The notes: generated by a model from the sequence alone, not told the origin. 63,999 nucleotides of DNA, filler included, from Basidiobolus ranarum (GCA_040143965.1; 14 parts of 14 records of this genome joined end to end with filler, not necessarily neighbours in it), one strand, 5' to 3'. Positions 1-12,700 are shown, counted from the whole stretch's first letter. Numbers and translations: made by a program.

Positions 1-510
1 CTCACTAGTATTGAAGGCACTGATGGTAGACCCTCTCTTCCCTGCCCGGATTTGGTGCGCGAGGTGACTGGGACTTTCTTTATACCCAATGGTGTGGCTG
101 ACCTTGTTTCTAAACCAGTCATTTTTGCTGCGGCTACTGCGGCGAACGTGCTGAAAAGTGCTGGATGTATTATTGGCTTCTGTGGTCTTCGTAAGCCTAA
201 GCCAGAAGTTAAGAAACCAGACACCTCGAAAAAAGGAAAAGATGGGAAAAATACTAAAGTAGTTTATACTGGAGGAAAAGGTCAGCAGGGTGGCGGTCAA
301 TGGCAGCAGGGTGGTGGTCAATGGCAGCAGGGTGGCGGTCAAGGCCAACAAGCAGGTGGTCAATTGCAGCAAGGTGGTGGTGGTGGTCAAGGCCAGCAGG
401 CTGCTGGTCAATCGCAACAAAGCACCTCTGCAGGTGATCAGGAGTGGCAGTATGCTGAAGAAGGAGCCGAGTTACCCCCAGGCGCTAGTGACGTTCAATA
501 TACTAGTTAA
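1..510 (+). CDS. Secreted Gly/Gln-rich repeat protein, paralog A (5'-truncated)
   Basis: Frame is open from base 1 (LTSIEGTDGRPSLPCPDLVREVTGTFFIPNGVADLVSKPVIFAAATAANVLKSAGCIIGFCGLRK). Near-identical core to the ORF at 1092-1637, followed by GGGQWQQ repeats; stop at 510. The signal peptide would lie upstream of the window. Confidence 0.85.
   Translation, partial: LTSIEGTDGRPSLPCPDLVREVTGTFFIPNGVADLVSKPVIFAAATAANVLKSAGCIIGFCGLRKPKPEVKKPDTSKKGKDGKNTKVVYTGGKGQQGGGQWQQGGGQWQQGGGQGQQAGGQLQQGGGGGQGQQAAGQSQQSTSAGDQEWQYAEEGAELPPGASDVQYTS
279..415 (+). repeat. 21-nt coding tandem repeat (GGGQWQQ)
   Basis: Imperfect copies of CAGCAGGGTGGYGGTCAATGG. Confidence 0.8.
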
Positions 511-1091
511 AATTTCAGGAAGATAGGTAGCCATACACTATATTAACTGAACAGCTTAGTCAATTCTATTATATTCATACATATTTGAACATATATAAGA
601 TTCTGACTTTGAATAAAATCTGGAGGAGTTTACACAAAATGTTTGAATTGTTATTGAAAAAATTGAGCTACATATATCCACATTCGGTTGAAGACAACTC
701 ACTCAGTAAGGATCTTTGATTATCCGTATTTCTGGTTGGCAAATATTCATATAATTGTCATGAGTGTTTTGAGAGCAATGTCAATAAGATATCTTAGTAT
801 AAAGTGCTTGATGATAAGTTAGTATGTTATAATACAGAGAAGATAGTAGGCCAGATAGGTACGGATGATGGCATCGTATTCTTGCCTAAACCTCGCCCTA
901 ATATTATCAAGGCTTGGAAAAATGTCATTGATGATAGAATATCAATCACTGCTCTTAGAAATATAACTACTTGTAAAAGAATGAAGAGAGGTAGGAATCT
1001 TATTTAATGCCTATTTCATCGATGAGGATATTATTGAACGCATGTAAAGTATGATTTATTCAATTATTCTCTTCAACAGTAACCAATGATC

Positions 1092-1637
1092 TTAACCTAA
1101 CTCTCCTGAACCACTATATCCACCTTGCTGCATTTGATCATTACCGCCTAGCTGCATTTGATCGTTACCACCTTGCTGCATTTGATCACTTCCACCCATT
1201 TGATCACCGCCACCCATTTGATCATTACTAACTTGCGGCAACTGACCTTGTTGCCATTGACCATTTCCCTGCTGCCATTGACCATTTTCCTGCTGCCATT
1301 GACCGCCACCCTGCTGAACTTGGGGTGCCTTCTTGACTGGGGGTTTAACTTCTTTCTTAGGACTACGAAGGCCACAGAAACCGATGATACATCCAGCACT
1401 TTTCAGCACATTCGCCGCAGTGGCCGCGGCAAAAATGACCGGTGTAGAAACAAGGTCAGCCACACCATTTGGTAAAAAGAAAGTCCCAGTCAGATCGCGC
1501 ACCAAATCCTGGAAGGGAAGAGAGGTTCTACCATCAGTACCTTCAATACTAGTGATTGGTCGGAAGATTTGTCCCTGGGTAGTAGTCACACCTACTATTA
1601 AGACGGAAGCAATCAACTTGTTGGATACAAATTTCAT
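1092..1637 (-). CDS. Secreted Gly/Gln-rich repeat protein, paralog B (181 aa, intronless)
   Basis: Signal-peptide-like N-terminus MKFVSNKLIASVLIVGVTTTQG, the shared ~65-aa core with CIIGFC, then QWQQ and GGNDQMQQ repeats; upstream TATA box. Confidence 0.88.
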   Translation of the reverse strand: MKFVSNKLIASVLIVGVTTTQGQIFRPITSIEGTDGRTSLPFQDLVRDLTGTFFLPNGVADLVSTPVIFAAATAANVLKSAGCIIGFCGLRSPKKEVKPPVKKAPQVQQGGGQWQQENGQWQQGNGQWQQGQLPQVSNDQMGGGDQMGGSDQMQQGGNDQMQLGGNDQMQQGGYSGSGELG

Positions 1638-1716
1638 GGTGTTAATAGCACAATGGACTTCTGGAAATGGTGGAGTTTATGAAAGAAACTGGGGCTCTAT
1701 CACCCGAACATAGCGC

Positions 1717-1724
1717 TTATATAT
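1717..1724 (-). promoter_or_regulatory. TATA box of paralog B
   Basis: ATATATAA on the minus strand ~80 nt upstream of the ATG. Confidence 0.5.
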
Positions 1725-2368
1725 CTACAGCTGTCTTCTGATTGTCTACATGTAACCATGCTTCATACTGTGTAGTCAAAACGATGTTTCAACTTTATTT
1801 TCCACCTGGTTAAGCGTTAGTACGCATGATCGTCTCTGTGCTAAACATCGATTCTCCTGATTGGAGTTCGTTGTCGAAGCTAGATCGTGTTTGTTTGAAT
1901 CTAGTTTTACGTGATTATTACTAGGGTTTAATGCGAGTATGGTGACTAGTACTTGTATGTCAGCGATGGTGTTTGAATTCAATAGCTAACTCTTTCACAT
2001 TCTATCCGATCTTTGTGTATAACTCTCTACCTCTGGATTAGAACGACAAAATATCCCGCATCGAACATATCAGTTAAAAGGTTCTTTAATTTTAGTATAT
2101 AATATCTATAGATCGGTGGAATCATGGATTTCGTCAATAATGTTTCGAAATCATGGTAAGAAAACTAGAGTCAAGATAGTTGAGAAAAGGGGGGTTATAG
2201 GTGAATAGATTGTAATCTAAACTGAGCGTATATTGATAAGATGGGTATGTGTTGTGTGTGTAATTAAGAGAATTGTAAAATTATGCCTAAATCAAATTAG
2301 CGAATAACGAATCGTCCATTTAAGTGTATAGAGTATTATATAGATTGATTAGTCCAAGTCCATCTTGT

Positions 2369-4515
2369 TCAGAGTTTGAATTTGATATGATTACGACGAG
2401 CCTTCGAAGGATATTTGTTCTTTATCCATGCACCTAGAGGTCCAAGAACAATGAAATATTCCCCCAGGATGTTGACTGCGCAGTTGATTAAGCAGTAGAC
2501 GAACAAAATCCATCGGAATGTATGTGGCATAACATTATGACCGATTGCGCTGTTGTAGTCTTCCATAGACCAAGTAGGTGCAGGATAACCTTCCTCTACC
2601 AAGATACTAGGAGTACCACAATTGATACGGAAGAAGCAACTCATTCGATTAGGATCTGCCAAAGTAAGAACACTGACAAAAGCCATCATCGCAGTGTACA
2701 TGAATACCATCACATAATTACGCCACCAGGATTGTCTGAACTTGTACCCGAAATTAAACACTGCTGCTGCATTAATGAATTGATACAAACACACGATCGC
2801 AATCACCTCAGCTTCATAACTATCAGCTAGTAACCACCATTTCGCTGCATCTGCTGCTGCACCATCAAACTCACTACAAACAAACCATTGTTGTCTAAAG
2901 AGAAGTGTGATCGCACCAATGAAGAATATCAAGTTGACGAAGATTTGTGAAATGGCGGATGTGAGAGTGGCAGGACCCAAGAGTCGGGCTGTAGGTCTTT
3001 CGGAGGCCAATTTAGCTGCGGGTTTAGATAATGTGAGCGCCCATGCTAATCCAACGGTGACGAAACCATCGATAACTACCCAGATCCATTGTTGGACAAC
3101 CACAGTGAAATAGTATTGCATTAGTTCCAAAAAGGCCATCGTTTCTCCATACAAGATCAAAAATTTAAATACAGCAAAGGAAGTAGATAATGCGGTACGA
3201 CCTTGTTTCAATAACTCAACACAAGAGTAGATAGAGCGAACACTAGTACTGAAAGGAGAGACAATCGAAGCTTCGGCCTCACTAAGGGCAATACCAACAT
3301 GCGCAGCTCTTAAAGCTCCACAATCATTGCCACCATCACCACACATGCCCACAATAGAGCGCGCCATGTGTAGTTGAACGCATTGAACCTTACCGTCAGG
3401 AGTCATTCTTGCAAAGACACGAATATTGAGAAGATACTTTCTAATGTCTCCACTCCTAAACAAGTGATCAAATGCTTTTGCGGTCACGGCTAATTCGATC
3501 TGGTTAGGGTATTTTTCAAGTGCCTCATCTACATCCACATATTCACACGAGTCGAAGTCCATCCATACAAGTTTCGAATCGGTACCAACATCACCCAGTA
3601 AGACTCTCACACCACTTGGCATCATATTACATGCGCGCGCGATGTAAATACCAGTGAGAGCATTATCTCCAGTAATCATAACAGTACGAGTATCACCTGC
3701 TCTTAACTCTGCAATCGCTTCAGCAGTATCATCCTTAAGCTTGTTCTTAAATAAGATTAATCCAGCAAAGCTTGCCTTGCTCTCCATTTGCTCGCGAGAC
3801 ATTTCTTTAACGGTTTCGATATCAATTGGGCCTAGATCCCGATGAGCTAAAGCTAGAACATAACAACCTTCCCTAGCGTATGAGGCAGTAACAAGATCAA
3901 AGTTGTGGGGAATTGTCTCGGGATTAGATAGTTCCTTAATTTTTTCGAAAGATCCCTTAATATAAACATGAACATGGCCGGTAGAGGAATCAAGTACAGC
4001 AACAGACATAGAAGCCCGAGCATGAACGAATTCAAAGCGCTTAATAATGTGTACAGGCTTCACCTCAGGTGCGTAACTAGGTACCAGGGAGTCTAAATAA
4101 TCGGTGTTACCACTTTCAACAAGATTCCACTTCGTAGAGCGGAACATTTCAATATCTACAGGATTACCAATAAACTGTCCATTCACCTGTGTGACGGCAT
4201 GGCAAGTGGCAAGACCCATCTGAATATTGATGGGGACCGCGGGTACCGACTCCTCTCTATCTTGAAAGTGACATGAATCGCCCTTCAAATCTTTTACAGT
4301 GGAAACACCATAGTAATCAAGCCCCTCCTTGGTTAGAGTTCCGGTTTTATCGAAGCAGAAGATTTGCACTTTACCAGCGATCATGATACGAGGAAGATCA
4401 ACACAGTAAATATTTTTGGATCTCAATCGCCCGTCCGCAACAGATTGACCAACCCCAAGGGCAGCAGGAAGAAGAGGACTCATGATCTGAGAAATAATGA
4501 AAATACCGTAAAACC
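2369..4515 (-). CDS. P5-type P-type ATPase (ATP13A/Ypk9-like), 5'-truncated
   Basis: CFDKTGTLT phosphorylation motif, MITGDN, FARMTPDGK, MCGDGGNDCGALRAAHVGIALS and C-terminal TM helices. Frame stays open to the contig edge (FYGIFIISQIMSPLLPAAL). Confidence 0.93.
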
Positions 4516-4615
4516 NNNNNNNNNNNNNNNNNNNNNNNNNNNNNNNNNNNNNNNNNNNNTTAATTAATTAANNNNNNNNNNNNNNNNNNNNNNNNNNNNN
4601 NNNNNNNNNNNNNNN
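4516..4615. other. Artificial contig spacer
   Basis: N44-TTAATTAATTAA-N44. Confidence 0.98.
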
Positions 4616-6170
4616 TAATTCCACCAGATTGCGGAGATTTCTTTTCCATTACCCAAGCCCCCTTCCTTTCCTTCGTCACTGGCTTGGCCTGTTCCCAACG
4701 TAACCTCTTAATGTCGCCGAAAGACATCCACTAGGTCCGATTGGCTGCGAACCGGGAATCATGAGGAGAGGTCTGAAATCTCTGATAGGACTGACGATGG
4801 TAGTGAGTCTTTCGCTTAAGAGAAGCTCAAGCTTGGCTTCATGATTAGATTTGGTGGGATTCATATCCTACGATGTGTTCTCCTTTCACTGATTCATCAC
4901 AACCAATTGAGTGTTAGAAAGTTGTATAAATCAGTAGACAAAACAAACCCATCACTTATTATTTTGATTAAGCAGCAAGAAGATGATTTGAATTAGCAGT
5001 CGATCAATTTCGACTACGGTCGATTTCCGACATTATCATCCAGAGCGACCAAGTTGAAGCAGAGAAATGCTACTCAGTATGACCGCTTGTCGTGCCATTA
5101 GCTTCAACTCTCGAGTCGACCCCTCTATCTTGACGGTGGCTGGGAAAGACAACCAAGTTGTGGTATCGCACTCCCAGTCATGGCCAGACAGCAAGAACAC
5201 TAGACCCAAATGTTGACATGTTTAGCTTCACTCTAGGAGGGTATATGTCTTGGTGTTTGTTTTGATTGTATTCAGATCATTTATGCCAATAAACAGACCT
5301 AACCCTAACTGTCGAAAAAGCCACGCGCACGCGACGTGAAAATCAATTGCAGGGGAATGTTAGGATGAAACAAGGGATGTAAAATAGCTCTCCAACCCAT
5401 GTCTGAATGAACTAGCAAAACAAATAAATCATCCCACTGGATGAATGGTGAGTTATCATGAGAATCAACGAGTGACTCTATCGGAGCTGATTGGTCACTC
5501 TGATTTCGTTTGCTATTATTCTTCTCTTCGGATCAACCAATCGTACTAAGGAATGATTTTGGATTGCTTATCGGTGGGTTCTGAAAGCTCATTAGATCAC
5601 GAGCCGAGCTGGCACCAATTCATGAAATTCATATGAAACAAAAATCAGAATCGAGACCGAAACCAGGACCAGACCCGCCAGCGTATCAGTCAATGTTCTA
5701 TTTCATGGTGGATTCCGTAGATAATCGTGGTCACAGATGTGCACATACAGCTCAGAATTCGGCCAATAGGGATCGTTAATCAGCCATTTAATTAATCAAG
5801 CAGAGGCAGTATATTATTTCAACATGCTTACAGGGATTCTGCTGCTTTCAAGAAGCAGGGTGAACACTAAAGGTTCGAAATAATACGGTTGCTTCAAACA
5901 ATGTGATAGAAAAAGTATGGCTATGTTCTTGGACAATCTTAAGTAATGATATGGTGGTAATTTAGAATGTTGAGGAAATGTACTCTAATGAATAAAAAGC
6001 TGAGTACTATCTCTAGACAGAGTTAAGAATGCTGGCATGAGCCCGAAGAGAAGATATGACTTTAGTTATCACCAAAATACGTGTATCAACTTATGATCAA
6101 TTGTTGCCATGAGTGTCTTGATAAATGCCCAAGTAATATTGTGAATGGAATACTTATGCTCGGTCGGTGT

Positions 6171-7183
6171 TTACAAAATAAGACATATACTTTTCTTCTT
6201 TTCTTTACAGTTGGATGTATTAGACCTACGGCCACCTTCATTAGAGAATCTTATCATTTTAACAACCGAGTAGAATGCTTTCTCAACATTAACTGCGGTT
6301 TTAGCGGAGCTTTCAATAAACTCACACCCTAAGCGCTTTGCTAGACTGAGGCCTTCTTCTTTCGAAACTTCTCGCTCGCTCGTCTTGTCGCATTTATTAC
6401 CAACGAGCATCATGGCAACTTTGTCCGTATCTTTCACTCTGACGATTTGATCGCGGAAACGTTCAATTCTTTCAAAGGTGGAACGAGAGGTAATGGAATA
6501 TACTAAAAGAAAGCCTTCCCCGTCACTACGAGTAAGATTGTTTTCAAAAAATCTTTTGTTGAGATAAAGCTCAGTGTGACGAAGGTAACATAAACAACAA
6601 ACCGAATCCATTGGTCACGAAGTGCTGTATATTCCTCTGAAAAATTACATACGACACAAACTATGTGAATTTCGTTCAAACAGTAGGTTTGTCTTAAAAT
6701 AGCTTACCTTGACCAGCGGTATCGAGTACCTCAAGCATACACGAATGGTCGTCGATAACTGCCTGTTTACGGTAAGAATCTTCAATAGTAGGATCATATG
6801 TCTATGGAAGAATTGGTCAATGAGTGAAAAAAGACATAATCAAGGATACCGACTGACCTCTGTCATTGGAAAATATCACATAGGAGTAGAGAGAGAGAGA
6901 GAGAGTTAAATGTAAGAATAGGTGGCTTAACTCATTAGTTCAAGTTTAGTTTCTATAATTACCAACGAAATGATTTAAGCAGAGCTTATAGGTAAGAGAG
7001 ACGGGATTAGAATGGTTCATAAAAGCGATAACCTGAGATATAATACACACCTGAATAGTGAGTGCGGTCTAAGAAAGTGAACGAAAAAATATAGATAAAT
7101 AGAGGAAACATGACTACAATTATTAATAATGGTACCTTTCCTACACCACCATCGCCTAACACCACAATCTTATATAACATCAT
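6171..7183 (-). CDS. RAS2: Ras GTPase, fungal Ras2/RasB type; 7 exons (7183-7136, 7068-7051, 6984-6963, 6859-6858, 6801-6708, 6636-6603, 6525-6171)
   Basis: Manual splicing at GT-AG sites gives [43 protein letters not shown]...[22 protein letters not shown]...NKCD...ESSAK, ending in a polybasic tail and CaaX (CLIL). Confidence 0.93.
6888..6905. repeat. (GA)n microsatellite in a Ras intron
   Basis: agagagagagagagagag. Confidence 0.85.
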
Positions 7184-8492
7184 GGGAGGAGAACTCTATG
7201 CGCTAAAGGACTTGAGGCTAACTTCAGTTAGTTCAACAAGTTAAATGTAACAAATACTGAGTATGGTCAGTAATATACTCAGGAAACCAAAGAAAATGAA
7301 AGGCAAGAAAGCTGGTTGAAATGAAACGAATCACCAAAGATTAGGATAAGATGCAAAGGTAAGCAGGTGAGGGGAAGGGTAGAGAAGGTGAGTATTGGTA
7401 TGTAGTGGCCAAACGCAAATTAAAAGGCATAAAACTAAGACACGGCTATGGTGATTGGTAAAAGAGGCTACAATTTTGCGAGTTGGTATCAATATTTTTG
7501 AGTCATTTTGTAATAGTCACGCTTTCAAATTGGTGATTAGCATAGATACCTCCACAGTGTGCGCCTGGCAATTAGCAGATATGGAGACTATTTGCACACA
7601 CAAGACTCTTTGGGTGAAGTGGCTGATCAAGTGATAGAAATCAGGAATTTCTCAAGTGAAACTCGCTGGAGACTAAACATTCAACACATAATCGGGTAAG
7701 TGATGTTTCCTTATCTAACCTTGATTTTAGCTCTTCAAGCCAATCATGAGAGCTCCGCAAGATAAGCTCCAAAGGGATTGGACTGGAGCGTTGTCTGCGG
7801 GCGATGGGTTAGGGCGCCAGAAGTGGGTGAGTTATGAAGGGATGTCACCCTTTAGTTGCACCTAGATAATCAATAGCGCAGTATGCAAAAATAGAATATA
7901 TCTACATGACATGAATAAACAGGTTTGTATTGGAGGATCACTTGTGATTGTCATCCCACTCCGCCAGGAGCTTACCTATAGGCTTGGCCAGGAGTGAGGC
8001 GATTCGAACTGAAACGATCTCCACCTCGATAATTTACGGCGAGTGAAGGCATCAGTGACTTCATTAATGAGGGCGTAAGGTCAAATCACCTTGAATAACT
8101 CTTCGTTTCTATTGCTTCATCAAATACCTATCTGCGATTGAGTTCGTAACTTCTTCGTCATGCAGCATCTCCCCTCATCTACTCAGCTTGACTATGTCTA
8201 CTCATGTCAAGGGGTTGTAGTCTCCACAGATGCTTGGTGGATTTAAATCATAGATTATCTTTTTATGTAACGTGGCTTTTCCGTTTACAGTAGGGCTCTT
8301 GAATAGCTATCGCAAATCTTACTAAGCAAACACCTCACAAACACAAGCCACAGCCCCATTCATCGTGACACCACTTGACTGGCAGGGTACATCTGCAAAA
8401 ATCATGACTGCCTAAGGGCGAATTTTCTGATTTTAGTAAGTTTATTTCTTGGTAAATCAATGATTCGATATTAGACAATCCTAAGGTCATGT

Positions 8493-9128
8493 TTAGTATT
8501 TGATCTTCTTCTCTTGAGCTTTGCTCAAGTAATCAGAGAACTCTTGATAGGGAGCAGCGGAAAATTCACTTTCAGCCCATAAATCAGGAGTCAAGAAGGT
8601 ATAAGTGTTGCCAATAGCAGCAAAAGTGGCCTTGACGAAGTTACCCATGGTGCGGGTAGAACCGCGAGCAGTGGTGTAACAATCGGTGATACCAGCCAAT
8701 TGCAAAAGCTTTTTGGGGGTAGGAGCAGCAACGATACCAGTACCACGGGGAGCAGGTACGAGACGAGTGACAGTAGAGCCACATTTACCTGTCACCTTAG
8801 CGGGAACTGTATGAGGCAAACCAAGAGAAGAACCCCAGTAACCTCTACGAACAGGAATGATGCTAAGTTTACCAAGAATGATGGCACCACGGATAGCGGT
8901 AGCTACTTCTTTAGCACACTTGACACCAAGACCAATGTGACCATTGGAGTCACCAATGAGAACAAACGCCTTGAATCTAGTTCTTTGACCAGCAGTAGTT
9001 TGCTTTTGAACAGGCATGATCTTAATGACCTCGTCCTTCAAAGTATGAAGGAAGTAGTCAATGATTTGATATTCCTTAACCGGAAGAGAGAAAAGATAGA
9101 TCTGCTCAATAGACTTGATCTTGCCATC
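8493..9128 (-). CDS. RPS2: 40S ribosomal protein S2 (uS5), 5'-truncated
   Basis: [23 protein letters not shown]...[23 protein letters not shown]...[18 protein letters not shown]...RRGYWG...APRGTGIVA; the frame runs to the contig edge. Confidence 0.97.
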   Translation of the reverse strand, partial: DGKIKSIEQIYLFSLPVKEYQIIDYFLHTLKDEVIKIMPVQKQTTAGQRTRFKAFVLIGDSNGHIGLGVKCAKEVATAIRGAIILGKLSIIPVRRGYWGSSLGLPHTVPAKVTGKCGSTVTRLVPAPRGTGIVAAPTPKKLLQLAGITDCYTTARGSTRTMGNFVKATFAAIGNTYTFLTPDLWAESEFSAAPYQEFSDYLSKAQEKKIKY

Positions 9129-9228
9129 NNNNNNNNNNNNNNNNNNNNNNNNNNNNNNNNNNNNNNNNNNNNTTAATTAATTAANNNNNNNNNNNNNNNN
9201 NNNNNNNNNNNNNNNNNNNNNNNNNNNN
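9129..9228. other. Artificial contig spacer
   Basis: N44-TTAATTAATTAA-N44. Confidence 0.98.
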
Positions 9229-9443
9229 TCAAAAATTGCCTAATTTCTGGAATTCAAAATAACTCCCCCCCCCACCAAAATGGAAATTTAGTTCTGTTCT
9301 ATATATCTTGCCAAGATTGCGGTTACTCTAGATACTGCTCAATACAACTCAAAGTGTCCATATCCATGTAGAGGCAGAATTCTTACAGACATTCTTACCA
9401 ATTTAAATTGCTCAATGGTGTAATAAAATCTAATCCAAGTGTA

Positions 9444-9750
9444 TGTTGAAGATAACATAGCCTAAACACCTATGTATTCATATATAGCTTACTATTTAGT
9501 TATTCCATATTTAATTATAATATTCTTTTCAACTTGAAGGTTTTTAGATATATAGATTCACCAAACCTGTGTTAGAAGCTCCAAGCCTTGCACACATGTA
9601 GCTAGGACCTCTCTAAACACATTCTACATGTTAGTTTCCTTATCACTGGACAAGACTATAAATGTCAGCCTTCTACTCAATAAATCAGTAGGTGAAAACT
9701 ACCCATTCTTCTAGTTCTCCAAACCCTTTCCAATAGTTCCAAAGTACCAC
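9444..9750 (+). repeat. Solo LTR, family A (diverged)
   Basis: Starts TGTTGAA; aligns by eye with copies at 50379-50509, 52096-52445 and 55256-55779 (shared cctaaacacctat, gcacacatg, cattctacatgttagtt, ctactcaataaat blocks). End approximate. Confidence 0.7.
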
Positions 9751-12700
9751 TACTCTCTTAAATATGTCCAAGATAAATTTAGAAAAGAAAAATTCTCCAA
9801 CTCATATAATTCTCATCAGATGCTTAATTTGTGCAAAAAACCAAAAAAAAATTGTTACTGGAAATATATCAATATCTAATGCAAGCAATTATGCTTTCCT
9901 GCTTCTTAATGCGACAATAAGTACCAGGCACCTAGTATACTTGTAATCCATATCATGGCAAAAATCATATTATTACCAGGAAAGAATACGAATATGAACT
10001 TGCCATAGTGCTCAGTTCATATGCCTATGGTAAAATAAATGATGTATTCATAAATACACGAGTCAGCGGATATATCGATAGCAGGGTATTATGATAAATC
10101 TTATTGAGTAATAATCTCATCTAGTACCAACCGGGCACACAAGAAGCCCATCATGGCTATATAAAGCATATTTCTATTTCTGTATATTCATAATATCTAA
10201 TGAAGATGTATACAAAGACAGCTGTAACCGCAATGAAATGTTTCGATTGCTTTGAACACGTTGTCTTTCAAGCCAGGTAAGAAGTTATGTTATATGTTAA
10301 AATTGGTTATCAGTAATTTGCTAATTTTCTGAGCCTTCATTGATCAAACAATAAAACTGAGTTACCACCTATTAGCTATATAATATTACTTGGTTGGAAA
10401 TTGAATGGATATTCTAATTATTTGCCAAGTTATTCTATAATTTTGAATTAATTTTCAGCTATTTTGAACATGAGCCGATTTATTTTATTCAACAGTCCCC
10501 TTCCAAAGCACTGATTCTTTAATTATGAGTTTAAGTCTCTCGAGCTCACAATGGCATCATTCCACGATAATACTTCCACAAACCTCTAGCATATCCAGCA
10601 ATTAGCCAGTTACATCAATTTCAGATAGTATTTGGAAATAATCAAGCACATAATGTAGTTCTATTGAGGTTGAAACTGAGTATAGATATTCATCGGAACT
10701 AATCCCTAAATAACTTTGTTGAGTTGCACAATGCATCTAAAGAATGCGGTTCAATTCAATCCATTTATTAAATCATGAGATGAACGTGCTAAACCTTCGA
10801 TTTTGTTACCTAAGTTTTTGTATCCTGTGTTTCTGGGTATCCTTCTGTTAAAAAAGAAGTTCTCGAGTGAGTATCATTGAGGCATTTGAGTAAATACGTT
10901 ACGTTTAGCATATTCCATTTTGCATTAAGCATGTAACATTGATTTCGATATATGTGAAATGTGGAGAAAAAAGCCAAATTACCAACTCAACCAAGACTCC
11001 CCAACTTTAATAACACCCCAAAAACACTATCATATATGCTTCATTTCTAACATAAATATAAAACTTGTTTGCAATTCCGCATAGCATTGGGTAAAAATCC
11101 CATATTTTTATAATTATCGTAAACACAAATGAGTTTTTGATATAACAAGATATGCCTACTGTCAGTTCAAACTGAGTAATTTAATACCAGTTGAACGACT
11201 CAGGCAAAGTGATCAATGATCTGATCGATCAAGACTTGATTGGTTAATTGAAATTAAAAACCTTGGCCCCTGCCATTCACAGATACAGCAGGTCTATGGT
11301 TGGGCTTATTGTTGCAAATCCAATGCATTCTGACGACAATAAAGGCGATAGATATGACCAGTGTAACCATCAATAAAGGCCAGCATAAGCCAAACGTATG
11401 CATCTTTCTTCCATTTGACATGTAAGGCTTTTTTCGATGAAGATAATTCCGAATGATATTTAATTATTTAATGTGTGAATCCGTTTTAGGTAAGCAAAGC
11501 TAGTGATGCCGAATATGAGGCTGCTGTGCCGGGAATACATGTTCATTTAGCCACCACAAAAGGAATCAATTCATTTAGGCTGCAGGGCACACTAGGAAGT
11601 GGGATATATAAGTGAATGTAACATTAAATACTATATTATTATAGATATTTATTCTAAACTCCGGTTCTATTTTGGACATGAGAGATATATGTGTTACAAA
11701 ACAACCTTCTGTTTTATTGCCAAAAGATAAAGATTGGTAATCGGGTTTTCTGCCATCCGTAGTCTACAAGCACTAGTACAAGCTTATAATATGTGAAGAG
11801 TGGGTTATGTATAAACCGAGTCTCCAAACACAACACGAAAACTACACGAAGAGTACTAAGGGTTAGGTATAGAACTACTGAGACTAAAGTCTAACACTGT
11901 ACTATACGTAAAGAAATCAGTAAAAGAGGACCAATAAATAGAAAGGAAACTATTTCTGATGCACTTCTTCGCAAGTACTATGCGGGGTAGATTTAAAATG
12001 AATACCACAATGATACAATCTTAGGAAACCTAGTGCTTACGTGAAAGAAAGGAGTTCACATGGATTCCTGATTGTAAATCCAGCAAAAAATGTAGTCAAG
12101 TACAAGAATATGGATAAACTTGAGGGGCATGCGGTAAGGATTATAAATGAAGTATGATCTAGTGATACTACGGTATGTTTGTGCGATGTAACTCAGCCAT
12201 TGTACATTACAAAGTTCTAGACTGAGCGACTACTATTGCTACTAAAGCTTCGAATAGACAGCGAATCCTTCCTTAGTAAGTGTATCCAGAAAAGTAGAAT
12301 CCTTCCATCAGAATTTTGTCAGGGATTTTCCAAGTACCACTTGCAAAGTACAGGATTTTGCCACAAATATTGGCCTGATTTGGGATTTTAGGGATCCCTA
12401 GAGATGGTAATTCCAGAGTGTACTCCACCAACCTTCTCATGACCTGCCATAATGTATACATTGGTTCATTATACTGCCATTGATAAGCAACCTGAAAGCA
12501 CTTTTTCAGCGATATATGTTGTATCGTTCATCCGAATACCTCTTGTTTCTCAATTGAGTTCCTGTTTCAAATAACACCATAGAGATTATCGGATTTAGGG
12601 GTCGCTTCCTTTCCCATACGACAAGAGCAACTTCGGACTTAATCACGCATCATTAGGCGGGTTAACAGCAGGAGTTTGGTTCACTAAGAGTGTATTTTTT

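Noticed and set aside
1148..1713. Overlapping and antisense ORFs here and over other real genes (e.g. 2522-3113, 8700-9176, 37095-37475, 47066-47590, 63674-63946)
   Set aside because: Shadow frames of genuine coding sequence.
4616..4864. 62-aa ORF or alternative frame at the contig edge
   Set aside because: No recognisable motif; cannot distinguish a first exon from UTR or chance.
5298..5338. Telomere-like CCTAACCCTAAC plus two ACGCG motifs (similar TTAGGG pairs at 42974 and 45895)
   Set aside because: Only 1-2 units each; may be promoter motifs but not distinguishable from chance here, and not telomeres.
8990..9005. RPS2 reads KQTTAG where KQTRAG is common
   Set aside because: A single substitution in an otherwise normal gene; significance cannot be assessed.
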